NCBI GenBank assembly: GCA_964464765.1
Contig: CAYXJU010000001.1
Location: forward strand, 1-54,304
Direction: 5' to 3'
Length of the DNA stretch: 54,304 nucleotides
From: an uncultured Candidatus Bathyarchaeia archaeon
Lineage (GTDB): Archaea; Thermoproteota; Bathyarchaeia; 40CM-2-53-6; CAVXDP01
The notes beneath the pieces were generated by a model, which was given only the letters and a program-made list of their open reading frames with translations, was not told where the DNA came from and did not search any database. The translations under genes and the position numbers were made by a program. Every line of letters begins with the position of its first letter. The stretch's first letter is position 1. Shown here piece by piece: positions 46,775-54,304 of the stretch.

Positions 46775-47179
46775 CTATTTCATCTCCAAAGCTTTCGTAG
46801 GACAATACTTGACGCATTGCGGGTCGCCGAAGCATAGATCGCATTTCACAGCCTTGTGAGCCTTTGTGTCAAATTGAATTGCGTTTACTGGGCAGGCTAC
46901 GACGCAGTTTCTGCAGCCAATGCACTTCTCGGGTATGATCAGAACTGCATTTGTTTTCTCATCTCTCTTGAAAGCCTCTACAGGACAAGAACGCCAACAC
47001 GGGGGATCTTCGCACTGCTCGCAGATATTGGGCTGTGCTCTCAGTCCATTAGATTCTGTTGTCACTTGAACATGAGAGAGTCTTGGTGCGTAGGTGTTGA
47101 ACTTAACCATGGAACAAGCAAGTTCGCACGTGCGACAACCCGTGCACAGATCAAAGTAGGGAATTATGGCCTTCCTCAA
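46775..47179 (-). CDS. 4Fe-4S multi-cluster ferredoxin (AOR electron-transfer subunit-like)
   Basis: Four Cys clusters: CTGCRTCELAC, CEQCEDPPCWRSCP, CIGCRNCVVACP and CDLCFGDPQCVKYCP. TTG start with GGGAGG 9 nt upstream. Confidence 0.88.
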   Translation of the reverse strand: MRKAIIPYFDLCTGCRTCELACSMVKFNTYAPRLSHVQVTTESNGLRAQPNICEQCEDPPCWRSCPVEAFKRDEKTNAVLIIPEKCIGCRNCVVACPVNAIQFDTKAHKAVKCDLCFGDPQCVKYCPTKALEMK

Positions 47180-47316
47180 AACAAGTTTCCTCCCATTTTG
47201 TAAGCCTTAGTTTAGCGTTTTAAGTTTGCCCATTGGAAATGATTCTTGCCGCAAGGCAGTACTTGTCGGAGACGAGCATCTAGGATCTGAGACCCCCTGC
47301 CTAGTGGTCGACTCAT

Positions 47317-47934
47317 CTAGGCTGTTCTCAGAGACTCGACTTTGACACTGGCATTGTAGCTAGCTTTTAGTTCGCGATCCAATCCCCTAGCTATCATCAT
47401 TATTAGCTCGTCCGGGTTCAGCCTTCTGATCCCCTTCTCATGAGACAAGTAAAGTTCCATAGAGTACTCGGAGGCGATGGTACGGACCAGGTAGCTGTCC
47501 ATTCTAATCGGGTGTTTCTTCTGATCCTGAATCGAGTACCTTGCCAATATCAAGAAGTCAATAGTCGCCAGTATGCCCTGCTCTGCCATGATTCTATTAA
47601 TCAGACGCTCTTCAAGACGGTCTAAGTAGATGAAGTAGTCTCGATTTGCCACCCCAACTTCGAACACTATCCGACCGGTGAAGTATCCCTCACGGTCTGC
47701 TACGCTGATTGAGGTGTCGAGCTGAAGACCGTTCAACTCCTTCAGCACTTTCGTCAGAACCTTTTGGACGTTTATGCTTTCGGTGTCGTAACTTAGAACA
47801 GCTCTTCCATGAATCGTCTGAGGAAAACTATTATATTCAAAGCTTGATTGATTCAATTTTCTATTCTTGATAACCAGACCCTTTGGCCTGCGACCCCTTC
47901 GGTAGACAAGTTTTGGTTCTTTCCAAACGGTCAA
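47317..47934 (-). CDS. Hypothetical protein (205 aa, basic N-terminus)
   Basis: Long ORF with coding-like composition, divergent from xpf. No motif recognised. TTG start. Confidence 0.5.
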   Translation of the reverse strand: MTVWKEPKLVYRRGRRPKGLVIKNRKLNQSSFEYNSFPQTIHGRAVLSYDTESINVQKVLTKVLKELNGLQLDTSISVADREGYFTGRIVFEVGVANRDYFIYLDRLEERLINRIMAEQGILATIDFLILARYSIQDQKKHPIRMDSYLVRTIASEYSMELYLSHEKGIRRLNPDELIMMIARGLDRELKASYNASVKVESLRTA

Positions 47935-48038
47935 CCCGAGGTCACATCATTAGATTCGATTAGCTATCTTGTATATATGGCCGAACGGTCTGATAAACGA
48001 CGAGCATGATTGATTCCCTGTAGGATTGAACAACTTCT

Positions 48039-48800
48039 ATGACTGAGACCTCTATGGGCAAGGTGAACTGGAAGCGGAAACAGACTGAGCCTAGACTGGA
48101 CCAATATGTGGGGGTATCTGGGGTTCAAAACCCTCCCGAACAAGGAAACATCGCTATTGTTATTGACACTCGTGAGTCGAGTTCACAGATTGCAGAAGAA
48201 CTCGCTAGGTACAAGGTGAGACTTGATTGGAAGACACTCAATGTGGGAGATTTCGTACTATCTGATAGGGTTGTTGTCGAAAGGAAGACATCACATGATT
48301 TCTCAACATCGATTGTCGATGGCAGACTGTTTAGCCAAGCGATTGATCTGAAAAACTCTTACGAGAAACCACTATTCCTCATAGAGGGAGAGACCCTATA
48401 TGCGCACAGAGATATCCGACCGGAAGCGGTTATGGGCGCCGTCTCAAGTATTCTGATAGACTATGATATTCCCATTATCTGGACGAAGAACTCTGCAGAG
48501 ACGGCACTGCTACTGTTCTCTTTGGCAAAAAGAGAGCAACTGACTGAGAAACGGTTGCCACGAGTCAGATCTGAGAAGAAACCTCTCAGTCTTCGAGATG
48601 CGCAAGAGTATATTGTTGCTGGTTTGCCTCACGTCGAAACGGTGTTGGCAAAGAGACTGCTGAAAGTCTTCGGAACTGTTGAAAAAGTGTTTTCGGCATC
48701 TGAGAAAGAGTTGCAGAACGTTGATGGAATAGGGAAGAAAAAGTCTCAAAGGATAAGACAGGTTATCACGATCGAGTATGCAGAAGACAATTCATCATGA
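48039..48800 (+). CDS. xpf: ERCC4-type nuclease, short XPF form (nuclease plus tandem HhH)
   Basis: IVIDTRE...GDFVLSDRVVVERKTSHDFSTSIVDGRLFSQ (GDxn ERKx3D motif) and a C-terminal (HhH)2 LPHVETVLAKRLL...VDGIGKKKSQRI. No helicase domain. Confidence 0.85.
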   Translation: MTETSMGKVNWKRKQTEPRLDQYVGVSGVQNPPEQGNIAIVIDTRESSSQIAEELARYKVRLDWKTLNVGDFVLSDRVVVERKTSHDFSTSIVDGRLFSQAIDLKNSYEKPLFLIEGETLYAHRDIRPEAVMGAVSSILIDYDIPIIWTKNSAETALLLFSLAKREQLTEKRLPRVRSEKKPLSLRDAQEYIVAGLPHVETVLAKRLLKVFGTVEKVFSASEKELQNVDGIGKKKSQRIRQVITIEYAEDNSS

Positions 48801-49142
48801 TACGCTTCTCAACTTTCTGACTCTTTCGACAACTGCAAGCCAATCAGACAGAGAAAGTCGCAATTTCTCGATCTTCTCAGGATCTCTCTCAACCTTTAGC
48901 GCCGAGTTGATCTCGTCTATCTTCATCAAAGTTGTCTGCTCAAGTCTTCCAAGCGCTTGGGCGGCAACAACTCCGCTTTCATCATCAGTAGCCTTGATTA
49001 CGACAACGGGTCGGTTACATTTTACGCACAAAAGTTCATCCTTGAGCTTGAACAAGGGACTGTTACACTGAGGACATGTGTCTGAAAGCATTGTTGCACC
49101 TGACTTGAGCAGGTCCGCCATGCGCTCTACCTCATCACTCAT
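48795..49142 (-). CDS. UPF0148 / SSSCA1 (autoantigen p27)-family zinc-ribbon protein
   Basis: MADLLKSGATMLSDTCPQCNSPLFKLKDELLCVKCN pattern. Confidence 0.75.
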   Translation of the reverse strand: MSDEVERMADLLKSGATMLSDTCPQCNSPLFKLKDELLCVKCNRPVVVIKATDDESGVVAAQALGRLEQTTLMKIDEINSALKVERDPEKIEKLRLSLSDWLAVVERVRKLRSVS

Positions 49143-49227
49143 GCCTTAAGGCCTCAACAAGAAAGATTTTAGGAGGGTTCTAATAATCCTGATCTTATCC
49201 TGTGGTTTCATTGAGCGGTGAGCTCCA

Positions 49228-49515
49228 ATGTCCGGATCAAAGACGTCGAAAAGAAGAGCAGACTATGAGTCGAGAGTACAACAGGCTCTCGCGGTCTTGG
49301 GAGAAGTGTCCCAAGACACAACAACCCCCAGAAACATAAGAAGATCCGCCAAAGAAGCCATGGACGCTTTGCAGGTAGCCCAGTACAGTATAGGCGTACG
49401 GGCATCCAATGCAATAGCCATTCTGGACGAAATCTCACAGGATCCAAACATGCCGCCATATACAAGAGTCAAACTCTGGAATGTAGTGAGCTTTCTCGAA
49501 GCGATAAAAGACTAG
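49228..49515 (+). CDS. UPF0147 family protein
   Basis: DTTTPRNIRRSAKEA ... ILDEISQDPNMPPYTRVKLWNVVSFLE pattern. 95 aa. Confidence 0.7.
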   Translation: MSGSKTSKRRADYESRVQQALAVLGEVSQDTTTPRNIRRSAKEAMDALQVAQYSIGVRASNAIAILDEISQDPNMPPYTRVKLWNVVSFLEAIKD

Positions 49516-50192
49516 ATCTGTGCATGAAGAACCGCTATGACCCTGGCCTGATCACACGCGTCCTCGCATCGATCAGATACGTTCTCGACGGCATCTAGAA
49601 ATTGAGCAAGAAGAACCACGGAACCGACTCCTATGTTCGGGTCGTTTATCTTGTTCACTTCGCCTCTGGCAGTTCGATGCAAGTCGTCAACTTCTTCTTC
49701 GAATCTCTCAACGCGGTCTGCCGCCTCTAGTGACGCCTGTATCTGCTTCGCGGTTAGTTTCTCTATGCAGTCCACAACATTTACCGCGCAATCTTTGACG
49801 ACTTTAGACATTCTAATCGTCAATTTGCGAAGTGTTTCTGGCATCCGATCGAATTCAAATTGCATAAGTATGTTCGTTGATTCCAAGGCCCAATCGGAGA
49901 TCCAGTCAATTTGTCTAACTAAGCGCATCAGGCTGGTTCTCTCGTAGGTTGGAAGATTCGCCTTGGCCAGTTCCTCTATGATGGATTTCCTAAGGATGTC
50001 TCCTTCATGTTCTTTGTCTTCGAGCCTCTTGGCAGCCGCCTTGGCCTCTGGGGCTCTACCGTCTGAAGCAGCTTCGACACATCTCGTCAGTTCGTCTACG
50101 CATTGGAGCACTATCTTTGATTGTCCCTGAATCATCTCGATCGCTTTGATTCTGCGGCGCGCTAGGAACCAGCTTTCAAATCTATCTGACAT
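49512..50192 (-). CDS. DUF47 / PhoU-like phosphate-transport-regulator family protein (TIGR00153-like)
   Basis: 226 aa all-helical protein with two similar halves carrying E..E.E.D/E..GD motifs. It is the last gene of the ABC operon. Confidence 0.65.
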   Translation of the reverse strand: MSDRFESWFLARRRIKAIEMIQGQSKIVLQCVDELTRCVEAASDGRAPEAKAAAKRLEDKEHEGDILRKSIIEELAKANLPTYERTSLMRLVRQIDWISDWALESTNILMQFEFDRMPETLRKLTIRMSKVVKDCAVNVVDCIEKLTAKQIQASLEAADRVERFEEEVDDLHRTARGEVNKINDPNIGVGSVVLLAQFLDAVENVSDRCEDACDQARVIAVLHAQI

Positions 50193-50204
50193 CTCTTATT
50201 CTCA

Positions 50205-51305
50205 CTATCCTGTAGATAGTTCCCTATCCAGATCTCCCATTGGATGTGGAAAGGTTAGTATCTTGTCCTTTTGAAAGTTTGCGATTATTTCGTCGCCAAC
50301 ATCAAAATCGACCTCATGGACGGTCAAAGGTGTCCGCGCCGTGATTCTGAGACCGTTACTGAGATTTAGCTCGAACCGCACCGCCTCTCCAAGGAATGTT
50401 TTATCAGCTATCTTTCCTGCCCATCCTTCTGATACTTCTCTTGCACCAGGTCTACTGATTCGAACAAATTGCGGCCTGATTGCGATTACCACATCTCTTG
50501 GCAGCTCTCGCGGAGGTACGATCAAACGTTCTCCTTGAACGTCGAGTTTCACTCCCTCTTCTCCTGTAGTGATGGTATTGCCGATCATGAAATTTGCCTC
50601 ACCCAGAAAGTTCGTCGTAAATATCTCCCTGGGGTTAATGTAGAGGTCTTGTGGTCTTCCAACTTCAACGATACGACCAGCTTTCATGACTACCAGTCTG
50701 TCGGAGATTGACATCGCTTCCTCTTGATCGTGAGTTACGTGGATGGCCGTAAGGCCCAGTTCTTTCGCCAATCTCCTCAGTTCTAACCGTAAGCCAAGTC
50801 TTACACATGCGTCAAGAGAGCCGAGAGGCTCATCAAGGAGAAGAAGTGATGGTTCAGATCCTATTGCACGAGCCAAGGCAAGTTTTTGCCTGGCACCGCC
50901 ACTAAGCTCATTTGGACGTGCATCCGATCGCTCCCTGAGTTTCACCATTTCAAGTGTCTCATTTGCCATAGTTCGGATACGACGGTTCGAAAGCCCCCTA
51001 ACGCGCGGACCGTAGCATGCATTTTCCCTCACATTCATGTGGGGGAAGAGCGCGTACTCCTGAAACACATATCCGATATTTCGTTCTTCAGGAGGTACAC
51101 CTATCAACGGTCGATCATCAACGTAGATTTCTCCTTCATCGGGTTCGAGAATTCCGGCAATGCACCTTAGCAGAGTTGTTTTTCCACATCCGCTTGGTCC
51201 GATAATCGAAACATATTCACCATCAAATATGTCTAGGGAGACATGGTCAAGCGCGGTCAAACCCGGATAATGCTTGCTGACGCCTTTTACTCTAACCTGA
51301 GGCAA
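50205..51305 (-). CDS. ABC importer ATP-binding protein with C-terminal TOBE-like domain (ModC/CysA/PotA-type), copy B
   Basis: GPSGCGKTT, LSGGARQKLALARA, LLLDEPLGSLD and the H-loop HVTHDQEEA, plus a ~130 aa C-terminal beta domain. TTG start directly abuts the upstream stop. Confidence 0.88.
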   Translation of the reverse strand: MPQVRVKGVSKHYPGLTALDHVSLDIFDGEYVSIIGPSGCGKTTLLRCIAGILEPDEGEIYVDDRPLIGVPPEERNIGYVFQEYALFPHMNVRENACYGPRVRGLSNRRIRTMANETLEMVKLRERSDARPNELSGGARQKLALARAIGSEPSLLLLDEPLGSLDACVRLGLRLELRRLAKELGLTAIHVTHDQEEAMSISDRLVVMKAGRIVEVGRPQDLYINPREIFTTNFLGEANFMIGNTITTGEEGVKLDVQGERLIVPPRELPRDVVIAIRPQFVRISRPGAREVSEGWAGKIADKTFLGEAVRFELNLSNGLRITARTPLTVHEVDFDVGDEIIANFQKDKILTFPHPMGDLDRELSTG

Positions 51306-52421
51306 CTAGAAGGCCTCCAATTCGCTTGTTAACCCAAGTGGCGGATGAGGATGAAGCCTGCAATCCTCTGGATTCACTGTCGCGAAGACCCTGTCTCCAA
51401 TCTGGAATGGGAAGTGATCGTCAGCAACAAGACACGTTGGAATCTTGGATCTGATTGTTTCCCTGTTGTCAAGTACTACAATATACTCGATGAATGCCCC
51501 TTGGAAGCTTAGGCTCTTGACCAGCCCCGGAACACAATTGTATTTCGTGTCTGCGTGAGTTGTGATACCTGTTGCCTCCTTCCTCAAGGACACGATTACC
51601 AGCTCATCGCGGCGGTAGGATTTCTCGCTGACGCGGATTCGGATTCCATCAGTAAGCTCGATTACAGACCCGGCGCGATCCACACTGACGACGATTCCAG
51701 GTAGGAAATTTGATCCGCCGACAAAGTTGGCTACAAAGATTGAGGCTGGATCTTGATAGATGTGGAACGGAGATCCGATCTGTTGGACCGTCCCATCCTT
51801 AAGAACAATGATTGTATCGGCAATGGTCATTGCCTCTTCTTGGTCATGGGTGACATGAATAGCGGTGAGGTTAAGGTTCTTTATCATTCTTCTAAGTTCG
51901 ATCCGCAGTTCCACTCTAAGACGAGCGTCAAGCGCACCAAGAGGCTCATCGAGAAGGAGAAGACTCGCTCCTGAGGCTATCCCTCTTGCAAGAGCCACTC
52001 TCTGCTGCATTCCACCACTGAGTTCGTTCGGTAAGGCGTTTTCTCTTTGTGCAAGCTTCACCGTATGAAGGACTTTGCGAGCTACTTCTAACGCCTCAGA
52101 TTCTTTTCGTCCTCTCGCTAGGGGCGAGAAGGCAACATTCTGGAGAACGGTTAGATGTGGAAAAAGCGCGTACTGCTGTGGAACATAGGCTACGCCACGA
52201 TCCTCCGGTGCCAATGTATCTATGGGTTTCTCATCGACTGCAAGTTTCCCACTGTCAGGTGAGGCAAGGCCGGCGATTAAGCGGAGTAAGGTCGTTTTTC
52301 CGCTTCCGGTAGGACCTAGGACACATACATATTCTCCACTTCGAATGTTAAGGGAGACACGATCTAATGCCAAGATGTCTTTGAATCGTTTCGTCACATT
52401 GACGAGTTGGACGGATGGCAA
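51306..52421 (-). CDS. ABC importer ATP-binding protein with C-terminal TOBE-like domain, copy A
   Basis: GPTGSGKTT, LSGGMQQRVALARG, LLLDEPLGALD and HVTHDQEEA. The track ORF was trimmed to TTG 52421 (MPSVQLVNVTKRF). That start has GGGAGG 8 nt upstream and lies 2 nt after the permease stop. Confidence 0.88.
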   Translation of the reverse strand: MPSVQLVNVTKRFKDILALDRVSLNIRSGEYVCVLGPTGSGKTTLLRLIAGLASPDSGKLAVDEKPIDTLAPEDRGVAYVPQQYALFPHLTVLQNVAFSPLARGRKESEALEVARKVLHTVKLAQRENALPNELSGGMQQRVALARGIASGASLLLLDEPLGALDARLRVELRIELRRMIKNLNLTAIHVTHDQEEAMTIADTIIVLKDGTVQQIGSPFHIYQDPASIFVANFVGGSNFLPGIVVSVDRAGSVIELTDGIRIRVSEKSYRRDELVIVSLRKEATGITTHADTKYNCVPGLVKSLSFQGAFIEYIVVLDNRETIRSKIPTCLVADDHFPFQIGDRVFATVNPEDCRLHPHPPLGLTSELEAF

Positions 52422-52423
52422 TG

Positions 52424-54046
52424 CTATCGCGTCCTCCCTGATGCCAATTTGAAAACGACCAATGAAATGAAAGATGTCAATATCAAAATGCCCACTCCTA
52501 GTCCTATCGTGGATGATGACACAGGCGTTGTTCCCGTAACCCACTGTACGAGAAGGACTGGCGCGGTCTTCAATTGCTTCGAGACAGCCAATGTTGCACC
52601 TGTTTCATCGACGCTTCTCGTGAAAGCCATCACCACACCTGAAATCATCGAATACTTGATCAAGGACATCGTCACTTTTCTGAACACTGTGAGAGGCTTT
52701 CCGCCCAAGGTTCGAGCTACTTCTTCAAGTTCAACTGGAATACGTTGGAGCGCTGAGATCATTGAGCGTACAAAATAAGTGTATGTAACTGATGTGTGAG
52801 CCAAGACTAGGATCCAGAACTCGGGAATCTCGAAACCGCTCCAGAACAGTCTTAAAGAAACTCCCAATGCGATAGATGGGATAATAATGGGAATATTCAC
52901 CGCAGCATCAAGAATCGCTGCTTCAAGATGCCCCACTCTTTTTCGTGCGATTAGAATTGCCAATGGCATTCCGGCGAGAACGTTCAGGAGAGTTGCCAAA
53001 ATTGCAACCAAATATGAGAGACCTATGGCTTGCCAATACACGGACCATACTCCAGACCCCCTGACCGCTTGCGCTAGGGTTCCATCAGATATGGCCCTTG
53101 TACCCGGCAAAGCCACAAAAAGCGATGGAACAATTACGAAGAAGAGAAACACCGTTAGGGTGAGTAGATCGCGCAGTCGCGTTGCGTCCCCACTGCTAAG
53201 AAGTCTCTCAAGATTTGGCCACACCTTCGTTACAGGAATCCTGAGTCTAGGTCCGAGTATCTGAATAGTCAAGAAGATTAAGGTTGACGTAGCTATCAGG
53301 ACGAAGCTTACGAATATCAGTGGGCTGACCAATCCAGCGTCGGATGCATTCTTTATGAAAACTGTACCATTCTCAAATGTTCCAGCCACCATTACAGTGG
53401 CGCCTGTCTCGGAAAGTGAACGTGCAAAGGCCAAAATGAACCCGGAGACTATTGATGGCTTCAAGACCGACAAAGACACAGTTCTAACAGCTGTTAAAGG
53501 TGAGGCGCCCAGTGTTCTCGCCGCGATCTCAAGAGTGCGCTCATAGTCCTGAAAAGCTCCTACCATTACCCTAACTACCACTGGATATGAAAAAGTGAAA
53601 TGCAGAACCGCAATCAGCAACCAACCTGGCGAAATAAGTACTCGATCAGCAAATGCCGATATCCCTTCTCTACTCCAGAAGAGTAGGACCGAGTATCCTA
53701 AGGCGACTGTTGGAATGATGAATGGAATGTCAGCCACGGTGTCTAAAATGTGAACGTATCTCTTTGAGGATTGTCTCGCGATTAGCCATGCTAAGGGAAG
53801 ACCTGCGATTACGTCTATGACGGATACACCCAAGGCTATGGCGAAAGACGCGGATATCGCAAATTGGGCGCGAGCGAGAAGAATAGTATCCTCGAAGACT
53901 TGGAACATCAAAGACCACTTCATTAGAATGCCGAGAAGTGGCGGGAGGAAAACTATTACGAGAAAGAACGCTACGGAGAAGATATAGATCGCTGAAGTGA
54001 GGTGGCGACTCGATGACACTCTATCCAGTTTATCGAGCAGCCCCAC
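52424..54046 (-). CDS. Fused two-domain ABC permease, ModB/CysTW family (molybdate/tungstate/sulfate-type)
   Basis: 540 aa, about 12 TM segments. Contains two EAA-loop regions, each followed by a ModB-like block. These are AFARSLSETGATVMVAG and AFTRSVDETGATLAV (compare E. coli ModB FARSLGEFGAT). GTG start. Confidence 0.75.
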   Translation of the reverse strand: MGLLDKLDRVSSSRHLTSAIYIFSVAFFLVIVFLPPLLGILMKWSLMFQVFEDTILLARAQFAISASFAIALGVSVIDVIAGLPLAWLIARQSSKRYVHILDTVADIPFIIPTVALGYSVLLFWSREGISAFADRVLISPGWLLIAVLHFTFSYPVVVRVMVGAFQDYERTLEIAARTLGASPLTAVRTVSLSVLKPSIVSGFILAFARSLSETGATVMVAGTFENGTVFIKNASDAGLVSPLIFVSFVLIATSTLIFLTIQILGPRLRIPVTKVWPNLERLLSSGDATRLRDLLTLTVFLFFVIVPSLFVALPGTRAISDGTLAQAVRGSGVWSVYWQAIGLSYLVAILATLLNVLAGMPLAILIARKRVGHLEAAILDAAVNIPIIIPSIALGVSLRLFWSGFEIPEFWILVLAHTSVTYTYFVRSMISALQRIPVELEEVARTLGGKPLTVFRKVTMSLIKYSMISGVVMAFTRSVDETGATLAVSKQLKTAPVLLVQWVTGTTPVSSSTIGLGVGILILTSFISLVVFKLASGRTR

Positions 54047-54094
54047 TCACATCACACTCAAGACCATTTACCTTTTCCAACTCTCTCTTCATCC

Positions 54095-54102
54095 TTTTAT
54101 AA
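54095..54102 (-). promoter_or_regulatory. TATA-box-like element upstream of the ABC importer operon
   Basis: Minus-strand TTATAAAA lies about 50 nt upstream of GTG 54046. Confidence 0.35.
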
Positions 54103-54238
54103 TGTCTTAGCCACGCTTCCCCATTCTCCAAACGACAGCACACTATGAGGCTCGGTTTCAGTCTTAACGATCTTGCTGATTTCATTAGCGTAGAAAAGCT
54201 CGTCACATGGGTTCTACAAGATCGAAGATTACTGTGCA

Positions 54239-54273
54239 CAGCACAAGAAGAAATGATGCAACATCTTGTGCTG
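54239..54273. repeat. 10-bp perfect inverted repeat CAGCACAAGA / TCTTGTGCTG with a 15-nt spacer
   Basis: Read directly at 54239-54248 and 54264-54273. It shares the GCACAAGA/TCTTGTGC core with the 44.5 kb repeat. It is preceded by the palindrome CTGTGCACAG (54232-54241). Confidence 0.8.
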
Positions 54274-54304
54274 CAGCGGTATCAGTGTCCTCGACTCATC
54301 TAAT

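Noticed and set aside
52422-52544. The N-terminal extension of ABC ATPase copy A given in the ORF track (412 aa).
   Set aside because: It overlaps the permease 3' end. TTG 52421 with an upstream GGGAGG gives MPSVQLVNVTKRF, parallel to the paralogue's MPQVRVKGVSKHY.
54030-54239. A 69-aa minus-strand ORF upstream of the permease, considered as a possible remnant of a binding-protein gene.
   Set aside because: It spans the TATA-like promoter element, has no lipobox, signal peptide or SBP motif, and all three minus-strand frames contain stops further upstream.
1-54304. Scanned for tRNA T-arm motifs (GGTTCGAATCC-like), rRNA, CRISPR repeats, IS or transposase, integrase, toxin-antitoxin and defence genes.
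   Set aside because: None found. The only GGATTCGAA-like hits (for example about 26756) are inside coding sequence with no cloverleaf context. All long ORFs are accounted for by housekeeping families.

Overview
The window is a compact, gene-dense segment of an archaeal chromosome. I call 62 protein-coding genes and found no rRNA, tRNA, CRISPR array or mobile element. All product calls come from reading motifs in the supplied translations, because no database search was possible.

Most of the content is core information processing:
- **Minus-strand block, about 17.9-35.6 kb (24 genes).** It holds the conserved L44e-S27e-aIF2alpha-Nop10-PAC2 cluster. It also holds a replisome operon (PCNA-PriL-PriS-Gins51), TFS and Rpo11-Csl4-METTL5-like methyltransferase-Dph2. 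The remaining genes are PEP synthase, L10e, TrmJ-like and KsgA methyltransferases, DUF655, Rpo4, L21e and SRP54.
- **Translation and modification genes elsewhere.** These are IleRS, aIF5A with deoxyhypusine synthase, Clp1 kinase and Nob1.
- **DNA repair and nucleotide genes.** These are RadB, OGG1-type glycosylase, a short XPF nuclease, thymidylate kinase and a SAMHD1-like HD hydrolase.
- **Metabolism and envelope genes.** These are GcvT/GcvH, two NAD-kinase-fold proteins, CDP-archaeol synthase and the AglB/STT3 oligosaccharyltransferase.
- **Accessory-looking part, 43-54 kb.** It carries a tungsten-type aldehyde:ferredoxin oxidoreductase operon (polyferredoxin-AOR-MoaD-like) followed by an Fe-alcohol dehydrogenase. 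It also carries a ModB/CysTW-type ABC importer operon with a fused double permease, two different TOBE-type ATPases and a PhoU-like DUF47 protein.

I do not see a clear novel multi-gene system. The points most worth a second look are:
1. A small membrane protein resembles the eukaryotic OST subunit OSTC/DC2 and lies about 6 kb from aglB.
2. The MoaD-like gene beside AOR has its diglycine C-terminus encoded in the -1 frame.
3. Two essential genes (aIF2alpha and L10e) have conserved N-termini upstream of any ATG/GTG/TTG. This sits against unusually frequent TTG starts across the window.
4. A shared GCACAAGA/TCTTGTGC inverted repeat occurs next to both the AOR/ADH locus and the ABC operon.
5. There are three proteasome-assembly-chaperone-like genes, and only one carries an HbYX tail.

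The lineage cannot be fixed without searches. Gene content is a mix of typically euryarchaeal features (RadB, GfcR) and TACK/Asgard-like ones (short XPF, OSTC-like).
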